Part shown: positions 7,463 through 15,438 of the stretch, piece after piece | Layout of the letters: every line of letters starts with the position of its first letter | How positions within the stretch are numbered: the first letter of the stretch is position 1 | Source: a virus | Taxonomy: Duplodnaviria; Caudoviricetes | Virus record (IMG/VR): IMGVR_UViG_3300035544_000229 | Span: 1 to 38,173 of that record | Reading direction: 5' to 3' (one strand) | Length of the DNA stretch: 38,173 nt | Notes under the pieces: generated by a model | Databases searched by the model: none | The model's input: the letters and a program-made list of their open reading frames with translations, nothing else | What the model was told of the DNA's origin: nothing | Position numbers and translations under genes: made by a program

Positions 7463-9157
7463 TTATTCTGCTTTTTTAATGGGTAAAATCTTGCTGTCCG
7501 GTTCGGGCTCCCACCCGTCGGCCAGCTTTGCCTTCAGGGCCTCAACCTCCGCCGCCGGGATGGTTTCCGGGTAATGGCGTTCCAGCCAGCCCTTTTGCCG
7601 CCTCGAAAGGGTTACACCGCTGTTCGCCAACTCCACCCGCACCCGGTAGGTATCCACCAATACGGGGGCCTCGTTGCGCGAACTGAGGGCATGCTCCTGC
7701 CCCGCTTTGGGGATGAAGGGCGCGGCCCGCTCTGCCTGGAAGCCGAAGACTTCCAGATTGCCGCCGAAGGGAACCGCTTTGGGATTGTCCGCTGTTCCGG
7801 CGATCTTTTGGGCCTTGTCTCGGGCCTCCTGTCCCGCGCTCTTGGGCTGGCTCTTGTGCTCTTCGCCGATGATCGCCGCGCCTTCCTCGAATCCGCCTTG
7901 TTCCGGAGCGAGGAAACCGACCGGCTCGACCTGATACTCCTTGCCCGCGTAGGCCACGATCACGTCGGGCCAGATCAGGGGTTTGAAGTACACGTCCACC
8001 TTGGTTTCTCCGGGGTTAAGGCCGGGAATGTGCTTGAGGCGGTATTTCTTGGCGTTGAAGCTGATGCAGTAATCTCCGCCCACCAGCCGGTCGTCGGCTG
8101 TTTTGCGGAAGGCCTGTTTCAGGATTTCCCGGTCGGGCAACTCCACGAGCTGCTCGGGGGTGATCCGCATCCACATGCCCATGCGGGTCATGCCGTGGCG
8201 GGTATGCTTGCGAGTGGCGTTGAAGCCTATGCAGTGGTCCAGGGCATACTGGTTGAGTTGGTCCACATTGTGGGCCGGATCGAAGATCAGGCGCGATTCG
8301 AAGTGCTGCTCGATGATGCTGTGCATGACCTCGACGCAGCCCTGCGAACGCGGGGTGTGCGTCGAACCCGCAAGCACTTCAATGTCCAGTGCCTCCAGCA
8401 TGTGGGTGATGGGCTCGCTGATATTGGCCGCGCCGGGGTCCATGCGCAGAATCCGGCCGGGGCCACGGAAGGGGTACCGCGAATCGCCCTTGTCCTCCCA
8501 GGCGGAGCACAGGAAGTCGAAGAGGTTGAGGGTGGTTTCACCACCGGAATAGTAATACTTGAAGAAGAACGCACCGGAGAAGTGATCCACCAGCACGTAT
8601 CTATGGAGCTTCTCCTTGATCTTTTTGAAGTTCTGCGGCTTGTTCTTATAGAACTGCTTCTCGTTCCGAATGCCGATGGAGCCGTTCTTCAGGTAGTACT
8701 GAATGCAGATGGACACGTCGAAGAAGTGGACATGGTTGGGGTGCAGGGAGCGTTGCTGGATATGCGGGTCCGGCGCGTTGAGGTGCTTGCGGGACAATCC
8801 TTTTTCCCTCAACAGCGCCTGCACCCTGGAAACCGAGACGCAGCCCGGCGCGATCTTCCCGTTGCGCTCGGCTATGTCCAGGGCCACGGCCACGGGCATA
8901 TACGCGCCCTTGCTGGTTTGGCGGCGGCTGGTTTCCACGAGCGTGGCTATATATTCCAACTGCTCATCCGTGATGCAGCATTCGCCCGCATCGCTCCGCG
9001 TCTTGCGGCTGGTGCCGTGTCCGGCGTCCTTGAGCTTGCGGTAGGCCGTCTGTACGGAGACTCCCGCGAGCTTCGCGTACTGCTCAACGATCCGGCCCTT
9101 CCGGCCGCGCCCGGCGTTGTCCAGGGCTTGCATGAGATCAATCACCCATGGTTCCAT
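7463..9157 (-). CDS. DDE transposase (MuA analogue, B3/BcepMu type)
   Basis: Start ATG 9157; HPNHVHFFDVSIC, VLVDHFSG, MDPGAAN, SQGCVEVMH (D-D-E), N-terminal HTH with RKTRSDAG. Confidence 0.92.
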   Translation of the reverse strand: MEPWVIDLMQALDNAGRGRKGRIVEQYAKLAGVSVQTAYRKLKDAGHGTSRKTRSDAGECCITDEQLEYIATLVETSRRQTSKGAYMPVAVALDIAERNGKIAPGCVSVSRVQALLREKGLSRKHLNAPDPHIQQRSLHPNHVHFFDVSICIQYYLKNGSIGIRNEKQFYKNKPQNFKKIKEKLHRYVLVDHFSGAFFFKYYYSGGETTLNLFDFLCSAWEDKGDSRYPFRGPGRILRMDPGAANISEPITHMLEALDIEVLAGSTHTPRSQGCVEVMHSIIEQHFESRLIFDPAHNVDQLNQYALDHCIGFNATRKHTRHGMTRMGMWMRITPEQLVELPDREILKQAFRKTADDRLVGGDYCISFNAKKYRLKHIPGLNPGETKVDVYFKPLIWPDVIVAYAGKEYQVEPVGFLAPEQGGFEEGAAIIGEEHKSQPKSAGQEARDKAQKIAGTADNPKAVPFGGNLEVFGFQAERAAPFIPKAGQEHALSSRNEAPVLVDTYRVRVELANSGVTLSRRQKGWLERHYPETIPAAEVEALKAKLADGWEPEPDSKILPIKKAE

Positions 9158-9159
9158 GG

Positions 9160-10314
9160 CTACACCTGCTTGCGGCCCTGGTGGGGGCGTTGCTGGAGCG
9201 CCCGCGTCCATCCCTGCTGAATGTCCAGTTCCATCATTTCGCCCAGGCCGTGCTGGCGCAGCAGCATCATGGCCTCCCACAACACCCGGCGCTGGGAAAG
9301 GTCCACGCCGGGGTGCTCCATTTCCTGCTGGAGGAAGTATTGGGCGAAATCGTCGGGCGAGGGTTGGGAACCCGTCAAAATCAGGTTCAGCAAGTCGTCG
9401 CGGGATTCTTCCGGCAACCATTCGAAGTCCGGGAGGTTGGCAACGGCTATGCCCGTTTCAGAGGTCACCTCTTGGAGGAACCGGGCTCCGACCATGACCA
9501 ACTGATCCAGGGAGCCGACGAACGAGGCCAGCAGCTTGGGGTCCATGTCCGGCTCGTAATAGGTCAGCCCCTTTTGCGTGGTCAGGGCTATGCGCTGTTC
9601 CAGGTGGCGCAACTCCTCGACGCATCCGTGCAATTCGCGCTCATCGTCCGAGGCGAAGCCCATGGATTCCAGTTCGGCGATTCGGTCCGCCTTCTCGTTT
9701 TCCTGCTTGACGAGCTTGTCCTCCGCCGCCTTGAGCAGTTCGGTCTTGGCCCTGGTCTTGGCCCGCTCCTCCTTGACCTTCTCGTTGAGTTCGTCGATGG
9801 CGTCCTCAATGTCCTCGAAGTTGTCGTCGCTCAAGGCTATCTTGCGGGTGCCGATGGTCAGGACATCGCCTTCCAGGGCGGCTTGGCCCTCCTGTATCTG
9901 CGAACCGAGCTTGCGCAGCCGTTTAAGCGGGATGCCGGACACGCGCTGGAAGTCCCCGGCAAAGGCCTCCATGAGCGGGTGCAAGTCTTTGAGAGTGCGG
10001 TCTACAGTGGTTTGCTCCATGCCCAGCGACTTGCAGTACTCGGCCCAGGTCATGTTGAGATTTTTGTAGAGCTTGCCCTCTTTTACATGGGAAAGCTGCT
10101 GATAAAGCATGGCTTTGGTAAAGGAGCCATACATCTGCGCCGTCTTGACGATTCCGCGCACTTCTGCGGCGTCTACGATTTGAGGCAACTGCTCAACGGT
10201 TTCGCTCAACTCCTTGATCTTCAATTCCTGTTCAGCCAGTTCCGGGACGGCCATGCTTTTCCCGGCTTCCAGTATGGTCTGCGTTTCGTCCACGGCCAGT
10301 TTTTCGTCCTTCAT
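9160..10314 (-). CDS. Conserved coiled-coil protein found upstream of transposase in B3-like phages
   Basis: KLYKNL..TWAEYC..LGM motif, long coiled coil; synteny. Confidence 0.75.
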   Translation of the reverse strand: MKDEKLAVDETQTILEAGKSMAVPELAEQELKIKELSETVEQLPQIVDAAEVRGIVKTAQMYGSFTKAMLYQQLSHVKEGKLYKNLNMTWAEYCKSLGMEQTTVDRTLKDLHPLMEAFAGDFQRVSGIPLKRLRKLGSQIQEGQAALEGDVLTIGTRKIALSDDNFEDIEDAIDELNEKVKEERAKTRAKTELLKAAEDKLVKQENEKADRIAELESMGFASDDERELHGCVEELRHLEQRIALTTQKGLTYYEPDMDPKLLASFVGSLDQLVMVGARFLQEVTSETGIAVANLPDFEWLPEESRDDLLNLILTGSQPSPDDFAQYFLQQEMEHPGVDLSQRRVLWEAMMLLRQHGLGEMMELDIQQGWTRALQQRPHQGRKQV

Positions 10315-10420
10315 GTACAGGCTCCGTTTTCGTCGTTTTCAGGCAAATGCCTGATTTTGTTTTTGCAACTTATTGAAATAATTGGATCAGAATTTTGAAA
10401 AACAGGCATTTGCCTGAAAA

Positions 10421-10705
10421 TCACTCCAGAACGCTCAACTCGCGGTCGATGCCGGAGCGGGCCGACTTAAGGTGTGCCACGCGCTTGGCCCAGCACACGG
10501 CCAGCTTGCTGCCGAGGCGGAAACCGCCCGCCGTACGCTCCAGCCACTTTTCGTCGGCCATGGTTTCCAGCAGCCCCATCATGGAAGACAGGGGGATGCC
10601 GGTGCCCTCGGCCAATTCCCGGGGCGTCTTCTCGCCGGTTTCCAACGCGCTCAATATTGCGTTGGCACGGATGATCGCCTGGGATCGGGGGTAGGTATTA
10701 CTCAT
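10421..10705 (-). CDS. Winged-helix (IclR-type HTH) DNA-binding protein
   Basis: ATG 10705; TPRELAEGTGIPLSSMMGLLETM..WL..GFRLG. Confidence 0.8.
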   Translation of the reverse strand: MSNTYPRSQAIIRANAILSALETGEKTPRELAEGTGIPLSSMMGLLETMADEKWLERTAGGFRLGSKLAVCWAKRVAHLKSARSGIDRELSVLE

Positions 10706-10982
10706 TGACCGCCTCCGCCTGTTGCGATGCGGGCAGCTTCTCGTGAGCGCCGAGCATAATGACGACGCCGCTGGCTTCCTCCATCTCCCGGAGGGCGGCA
10801 TAGGTGTTCGTGCACCGGGGCAGGATATGCTCCCCCTTGAGGTAGCGGGTGAGCGCCAACGCCAGGAGATCGCGGTTCAGGCCGTGCGTCTTGGCCACGG
10901 AGCCGATGGTCTTCCCGGCTTCGAGCAGGGCCGCGCAAACCTTCTTGCGGGCCTTCGTATAGTCTTTAAAACGCCTTTGCAT
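10698..10982 (-). CDS. Ner/Cro-like early regulator
   Basis: First gene of leftward operon, ATG 10982 with GGAG SD; VCAALLEAGKTIGSVAKTHGL HTH. Confidence 0.7.
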   Translation of the reverse strand: MQRRFKDYTKARKKVCAALLEAGKTIGSVAKTHGLNRDLLALALTRYLKGEHILPRCTNTYAALREMEEASGVVIMLGAHEKLPASQQAEAVNE

Positions 10983-11052
10983 TCCTCTCTCCTTTTGGTA
11001 AGGCTGGTTTTCGTCGTGTTTGGTCGGAAAAAGTCGTTTTGCGCTAAATTTG

Positions 11053-11081
11053 GTTATAATTGTCTGGATTAGGTTAGTCAA
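11053..11081 (-). promoter_or_regulatory. Putative early promoter (TTGACT-17-TATAAC)
   Basis: - strand TTGACT 11081-11076, 17-bp spacer, TATAAC 11058-11053; overlaps a + strand TATAAT (11055-11060). Confidence 0.6.
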
Positions 11082-11113
11082 CCTATTTTCAGTCACAGTT
11101 GATTAAAAATAGG
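11082..11113. promoter_or_regulatory. Imperfect inverted repeat, candidate repressor operator
   Basis: CCTATTTTCAGTCA-cagt-TGATTAAAAATAGG (12/14 complementary) between early -35 and repressor SD. Confidence 0.5.
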
Positions 11114-11120
11114 AAACTGC

Positions 11121-11768
11121 ATGGACACTTTCAGCGATAGATTGAACAGCCTTGTTCAAGACAGACCAATCAGTGCTGTTGCCAAAGCCTGCGATATCAG
11201 CAACACGGCGATGCAGTCGTATTTGAAGAAGGGGAGTATCCCCGCTGCGGATAAGGCTGCTAGAATTGCAGAATTTTTTGATGTGGATTTAGAGTGGCTT
11301 ATAACCGGGAAAGAATCTAAACGGGCATTGCCTGCTTCTGTGAAGACAGAGCTAGGGAATGCTATAGCAGTGCCTTACTACCCCGATATTTATGCGTCTG
11401 CCGGGTTCGGTAACGAAGCAGTTGAGGCGGAAAGCGAATTGCTATGCTTAACCGCAGATATTTTGCCCTATAAATCAAAGCACTTTGCAGTGATCAATGT
11501 GGCCGGGGATTCCATGGAACCCACTCTCCAGCCCGAGGAGCGGGTGATTGTAGACATGTCGGTCAATAATTACGCTAGGCCGGGTATCTATGTCTTACGA
11601 TGGGATGGGTGCCTATATGTCAAGCGATTGGAGAAGGAACCAATGGGGCCTTTGCATATAATTTCAGACAATCCCAGTGTCCCTTCATGGAAAATTGACA
11701 TGCGCCCGGATTCTCAACTCGAAATTACCATATTAGGTCGAGTGATAATGAAGTTCAAAAATATCTAA
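11121..11768 (+). CDS. Prophage repressor, XRE HTH + S24 peptidase (CI/LexA-like)
   Basis: N-terminal HTH, ASAGFG cleavage site, VAGDSMEP catalytic Ser, YVKRL catalytic Lys. Confidence 0.95.
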   Translation: MDTFSDRLNSLVQDRPISAVAKACDISNTAMQSYLKKGSIPAADKAARIAEFFDVDLEWLITGKESKRALPASVKTELGNAIAVPYYPDIYASAGFGNEAVEAESELLCLTADILPYKSKHFAVINVAGDSMEPTLQPEERVIVDMSVNNYARPGIYVLRWDGCLYVKRLEKEPMGPLHIISDNPSVPSWKIDMRPDSQLEITILGRVIMKFKNI

Positions 11769-11784
11769 CCAAGGAGTCACTGCC

Positions 11785-12546
11785 ATGACTACTGATTTTG
11801 AACGGTCTATGACCGGATTAATGGGAAAAGGGGTTGCCCTGGTCCTCATCGTCCTATGTGCGGCGGGGCTGCCTATGAATGCTAGTGCCGGTCAAATGTT
11901 GACCCAAGAAAAGATTCACGCATACCGGAGCGAATACGCAGCGTTATACAATGAAATGCTGGATATTCTCGAAAGCCCACGCTTCTATGAAGCCGGGTTC
12001 AGCAAGGGCTATCCCAAAGCCCACGCCTGGGCCTCAAAAATTGACAAGATCACAAAGCAATACGATGGACAATCCCTTGTAACGGCAACCTACAACGCTC
12101 TTTCAGACTCCGCGCTCATCCCCGACGATCTGTGGCAAATCGCCAACGAAATCCGGACCCACAAGAAGCTCACTGCCGCAGCTAAAAAACTCCTGGGGCA
12201 AGTCGAATACAACATTCTCATGGGTGATTCTATGGATACGGTAGAAGAAAAGCTTCCTGGAATTGACAAGTACAGGAATTATATGACCTATCAAGGTTTT
12301 TATTGGAGTGATGGTTATGAACACCCCAACCTTCCTGGCCCCGTGTCCATTAAATGGCTGCAACTCAATGTGCCGGAAGACAACGCCCGTATTCCCGCCC
12401 GGTACCATGCCAACGGGCAGACATTGATGGTGGGGGTCGTTTCGGATGGTTCCGCCTTGTTGCTAAGAAAAGCGCCTACTAAAGCGGTTTTCCTTGACAA
12501 GACTGTTAAGCACGACGGTCAGGATATGATTATTTCCTTACGTTGA
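11785..12546 (+). CDS. Exported hypothetical protein (accessory gene behind repressor)
   Basis: AAGGAG SD; signal-peptide-like KGVALVLIVLCAAGLPMNASA; AT-richer codon usage than virion genes. Confidence 0.75.
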   Translation: MTTDFERSMTGLMGKGVALVLIVLCAAGLPMNASAGQMLTQEKIHAYRSEYAALYNEMLDILESPRFYEAGFSKGYPKAHAWASKIDKITKQYDGQSLVTATYNALSDSALIPDDLWQIANEIRTHKKLTAAAKKLLGQVEYNILMGDSMDTVEEKLPGIDKYRNYMTYQGFYWSDGYEHPNLPGPVSIKWLQLNVPEDNARIPARYHANGQTLMVGVVSDGSALLLRKAPTKAVFLDKTVKHDGQDMIISLR

Positions 12547-12591
12547 CCGCCTTCATTTGACTAGATTTGGCCCATTTGCTAAATACAGCAA

Positions 12592-13035
12592 ATGGGCAAT
12601 GATCATGATACGCATGACCTCAATCTCTCCTCGCAGATGAACCATTTCTTCGCGGTGGTGGGCCGGGAAACCGGCCTTGCCGTGCTGCGGGAGATGGGCG
12701 GGAGCGAGGTCTTCATCATGAAAGCCAAGTCGCTGGACGGCCGGGCAGGCAGCGGCGACCGGCCGGAGTTCCGCGCCTTGCGCCGCATTTTGTCCGCCGA
12801 GCAGCTCCAGGTGGTGCTGCACCACTTCGAGCAAACGACGATCTATTTCCCGAAGCTGGAAAAGGTGTCCCGCTACCTGCGGGACAAGGCCATCCATGAG
12901 GAATTCAACGGCCGCAACCACTACGCCCTGTCCCGCAAGTTCCACCTGACCACGCGGGCGGTGCGCAAGATACTGGATACTCCGCCCAGCCCGCCGCAGA
13001 AGCTTCCCGCCATGCGCCAGGCCTCCCTTTTCTAG
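12592..13035 (+). CDS. Mor/C-family transcription activator
   Basis: MGGSEVFIMK and TTIYFPK segments, RDKAIHEEFNGRNHYALSRKFHLTTRAVRKIL C-terminal HTH, QASLF tail. Confidence 0.88.
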   Translation: MGNDHDTHDLNLSSQMNHFFAVVGRETGLAVLREMGGSEVFIMKAKSLDGRAGSGDRPEFRALRRILSAEQLQVVLHHFEQTTIYFPKLEKVSRYLRDKAIHEEFNGRNHYALSRKFHLTTRAVRKILDTPPSPPQKLPAMRQASLF

Positions 13036-13063
13036 CCTCGGCAGACACCCCCACAGCCGGTTA

Positions 13064-13106
13064 TTGAACCGCTTCAACACAAGTTGAGGCGGTTCATTTG
13101 TATGGT
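13064..13106 (+). promoter_or_regulatory. Putative activator-dependent late promoter of lysis/packaging operon
   Basis: TTGAACCGCTTCAA at 13064-13077, second imperfect copy 13084-13097, -10-like TATGGT 13101-13106. Confidence 0.65.
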
Positions 13107-13112
13107 CTTTTC

Positions 13113-13574
13113 ATGAGCATACAAGATTTCAAGCCGACCGACTGGGACCGGGTGAGGAATTTCACCCGTGACGAGAACTGGGGCGACCCGGAAAAGGTCA
13201 ACGCCAGCCTCGTCTACATCAAGGACGCCCTGCGCAACTGGCTGGGCTATCCCATCCATATCAACAACGCCTTCGCCGCCTCCGGGCACGCCACGAAGTC
13301 CGAGCATTACAAGGGAAATGCCGACGATTTCCGGATTGATTGCGATCTGGATTTCGCGGAACAGGTCCGCCTTGTGGAGGAGTTCCTGGAAGCGTTCGGG
13401 CTGGCCGATCAGGTGGGGTTCGGCATCTACCCCAATTGGCATCGGCCCGGCTTCCACCTGGACGTGCGCGGCAAGCGTGCCCGCTGGGGCGCGGTGCCGG
13501 ACGGCAACGGCGGGCAGATGTACGTCTCCCAGGCCGCCGCCCTGGATTGGCACCGGCTGCACAAGGGGGCGTAG
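13113..13574 (+). CDS. Endolysin, peptidase M15 (Zn D-Ala-D-Ala peptidase-like fold)
   Basis: SEHYKGNADD (SxHxxGxAxD) and GIYP..FHLDVR motifs; first late gene. Confidence 0.88.
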   Translation: MSIQDFKPTDWDRVRNFTRDENWGDPEKVNASLVYIKDALRNWLGYPIHINNAFAASGHATKSEHYKGNADDFRIDCDLDFAEQVRLVEEFLEAFGLADQVGFGIYPNWHRPGFHLDVRGKRARWGAVPDGNGGQMYVSQAAALDWHRLHKGA

Positions 13575-13577
13575 GCC

Positions 13578-13805
13578 ATGGACTGGTGGGCCGTCTTCAA
13601 CGCCGTGGCCGGGACCTGCATCGCCGCGCTCGTTTTCGGATACGTCAGGCTGTGGCTCAAGGTCACGCGCCTGGAGACGTGCGTCAACGAACGGGAAAAG
13701 CCCCTGGCCGCCGCCATGGACCGACTGTCCGAAAACATCGACCAACTCAATGAGGACATCAAGAAGATGTTCCGTGCGCTGGGCCGGGTCGAGGCGGGGA
13801 AATGA
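13578..13805 (+). CDS. Single-TM coiled-coil protein (holin/antiholin-like)
   Basis: N-terminal hydrophobic helix then coiled coil; lysis cassette position. Confidence 0.65.
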   Translation: MDWWAVFNAVAGTCIAALVFGYVRLWLKVTRLETCVNEREKPLAAAMDRLSENIDQLNEDIKKMFRALGRVEAGK

Positions 13806-14020
13806 CTATGCTCTCCTACCTCAACGCCATCTTCTCCGGCCAGGACGGCCGCCCGTCGGCCATGCGCTATCTGTCCGCTTTCGTGGTCCTGGACGTGATG
13901 CTCACCTGGACGGTGATCAGCATCAAGGCCGGGGCCTTGGCCCCCATGGATACCCAAACCGCCATGCTGGTGGCTGCGGCCCTCGGGTTCAAGGCATGGC
14001 AAAGGAGCAAAGAGCAATGA
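13802..14020 (+). CDS. Two-TM membrane protein, putative holin
   Basis: PSAMR motif, two hydrophobic segments, KAWQR basic tail; ATGA overlap. Confidence 0.65.
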   Translation: MTMLSYLNAIFSGQDGRPSAMRYLSAFVVLDVMLTWTVISIKAGALAPMDTQTAMLVAAALGFKAWQRSKEQ

Positions 14021-14442
14021 ACAAATGGACCAATCCGGCCAAGTGGCTCCTGCCGCTTGCGCTGATCTTCGTCCTGTCCGCGCTGACGGCGTGCGACAAG
14101 GACTTCACCCAGACCTCGTATTCCAGCCTCTCCATCATGGCGAACAGCTACGAGGCCGTCATGACCTCGGCGGGCGACGCCGCCGACCGTGGCCTGATCA
14201 GCGAGGAAACCTGGAACAAGATCGCGGACGTGGCGAACGTCTACAAGGCCACGTTCGACACGGCGTCCCTGGCTCTGGAGACTTACGTCAAGGCCGCCCA
14301 GGACGGCGGCGCGGACGCTTCGGCAAAGGAGATCGCCTCCCAGGCCATTGCCGACGCCCTGTCGAACCTGGGCGAACTGACCGCACTCTATACCCGGCTT
14401 ACGTCCGGCATTGAAGGAATCAAGTCATGGACACAACCGTAA
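14017..14442 (+). CDS. Helical lipoprotein of lysis cassette
   Basis: ATG 14017 overlapping previous stop; lipobox LSALTAC. Confidence 0.75.
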   Translation: MNKWTNPAKWLLPLALIFVLSALTACDKDFTQTSYSSLSIMANSYEAVMTSAGDAADRGLISEETWNKIADVANVYKATFDTASLALETYVKAAQDGGADASAKEIASQAIADALSNLGELTALYTRLTSGIEGIKSWTQP

Positions 14443-14594
14443 TTCTCGAACTCCTGGGGCTGGCGGCGGAACACACCGTGCCCGCCGTAATCTCCGCCGT
14501 CCAGGACATGAACAAGGACACCATCACCGTCGAGGACGTGCGGAAGCTGCGCGACAAGGTGAAGGACCCGGCCAGCTACCGGAAGAGCGAATAA
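14427..14594 (+). CDS. Small protein, 55 aa (absent from ORF track)
   Basis: Hand-translated MDTTVILELLGLAAEHTVPAVISAVQDMNKDTITVEDVRKLRDKVKDPASYRKSE; AAGGA SD; phage-like codon usage. Confidence 0.65.
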   Translation: MDTTVILELLGLAAEHTVPAVISAVQDMNKDTITVEDVRKLRDKVKDPASYRKSE

Positions 14595-14681
14595 CCAAGG
14601 CATCGCCTCCTTGACCCGGCACCCCGCGAGCGTCCCGCAGCCAGCGCGAGCGGGGTGCCATCACTCAAATCAGGAAGTTCC

Positions 14682-15431
14682 ATGCAGCAGCCATTCTACA
14701 AGACTCTCCCCGCGCAGGTGGAACGACAGTTCCGAAAAAAACTGGTCACCGGCATCGGATATGCGGCCCTGTCCCGCTATCTCCGCGACAAGGGATACCC
14801 GATAACCGCCAAGACCATCGCCCGGCACTTCCCCGGTTGCGGCAAGGGGTCGCCGTGCCCCCATTACGCCAAGGATCAGCTTGACGTGGCCGACGCCACG
14901 GATCAAAGCCGAACGGTCCTGCGCCCGCGCACCAAGATTGATCTGCTCCCGCCCGATATCCGGGACGCCATAGACCGTAAACTCATCACCGGCGAGACAT
15001 ACGATGAGATCGCGGACTGGCTTCAGGATCAGGGGTACGACATTTCCCGGTCCACGGTAGGCCGGTTCGGTCACGACTTTTTCAAGGTGTGGCAGGTGGT
15101 CCGCAAGAACGAGCTGAAGGCCAAGGCTTTTTGCGGCGAGGACATCGACGCCCTGGACCTGGAGCAGGCCGTCTCCAAGATGCTCATGTCCGAGGTCTTC
15201 GAGCAGGTGGTGGACAACAAGGTCAAGAATCTCAAGACGGTTTCGGATGTTCTGAAGTCCGTGGCCCAGCTCCAGCGCTCCAGCGTGTACCGCGAACGCT
15301 ACCGCGACGAGATCCGCAAGGCGGCCATGGCCGAAGCGGCTCAAAAGGCGCGTGCGGCCGGGCGTGCCGCCGGACTCTCCGACGAGGCCCTGAACGAGAT
15401 CGACCGCGCCCTCGGCGTGTTGGCCGACTAG
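14682..15431 (+). CDS. Mu gp27-like (DUF3486) small terminase/packaging protein with extra N-terminal repeat
   Basis: TKIDLLPPDIR..L.TGETYDEIADWL..GYDISRSTVGR and GLSDEAL..I C-terminus; precedes TerL. Confidence 0.85.
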   Translation: MQQPFYKTLPAQVERQFRKKLVTGIGYAALSRYLRDKGYPITAKTIARHFPGCGKGSPCPHYAKDQLDVADATDQSRTVLRPRTKIDLLPPDIRDAIDRKLITGETYDEIADWLQDQGYDISRSTVGRFGHDFFKVWQVVRKNELKAKAFCGEDIDALDLEQAVSKMLMSEVFEQVVDNKVKNLKTVSDVLKSVAQLQRSSVYRERYRDEIRKAAMAEAAQKARAAGRAAGLSDEALNEIDRALGVLAD

Positions 15432-15438
15432 GTGCGCC

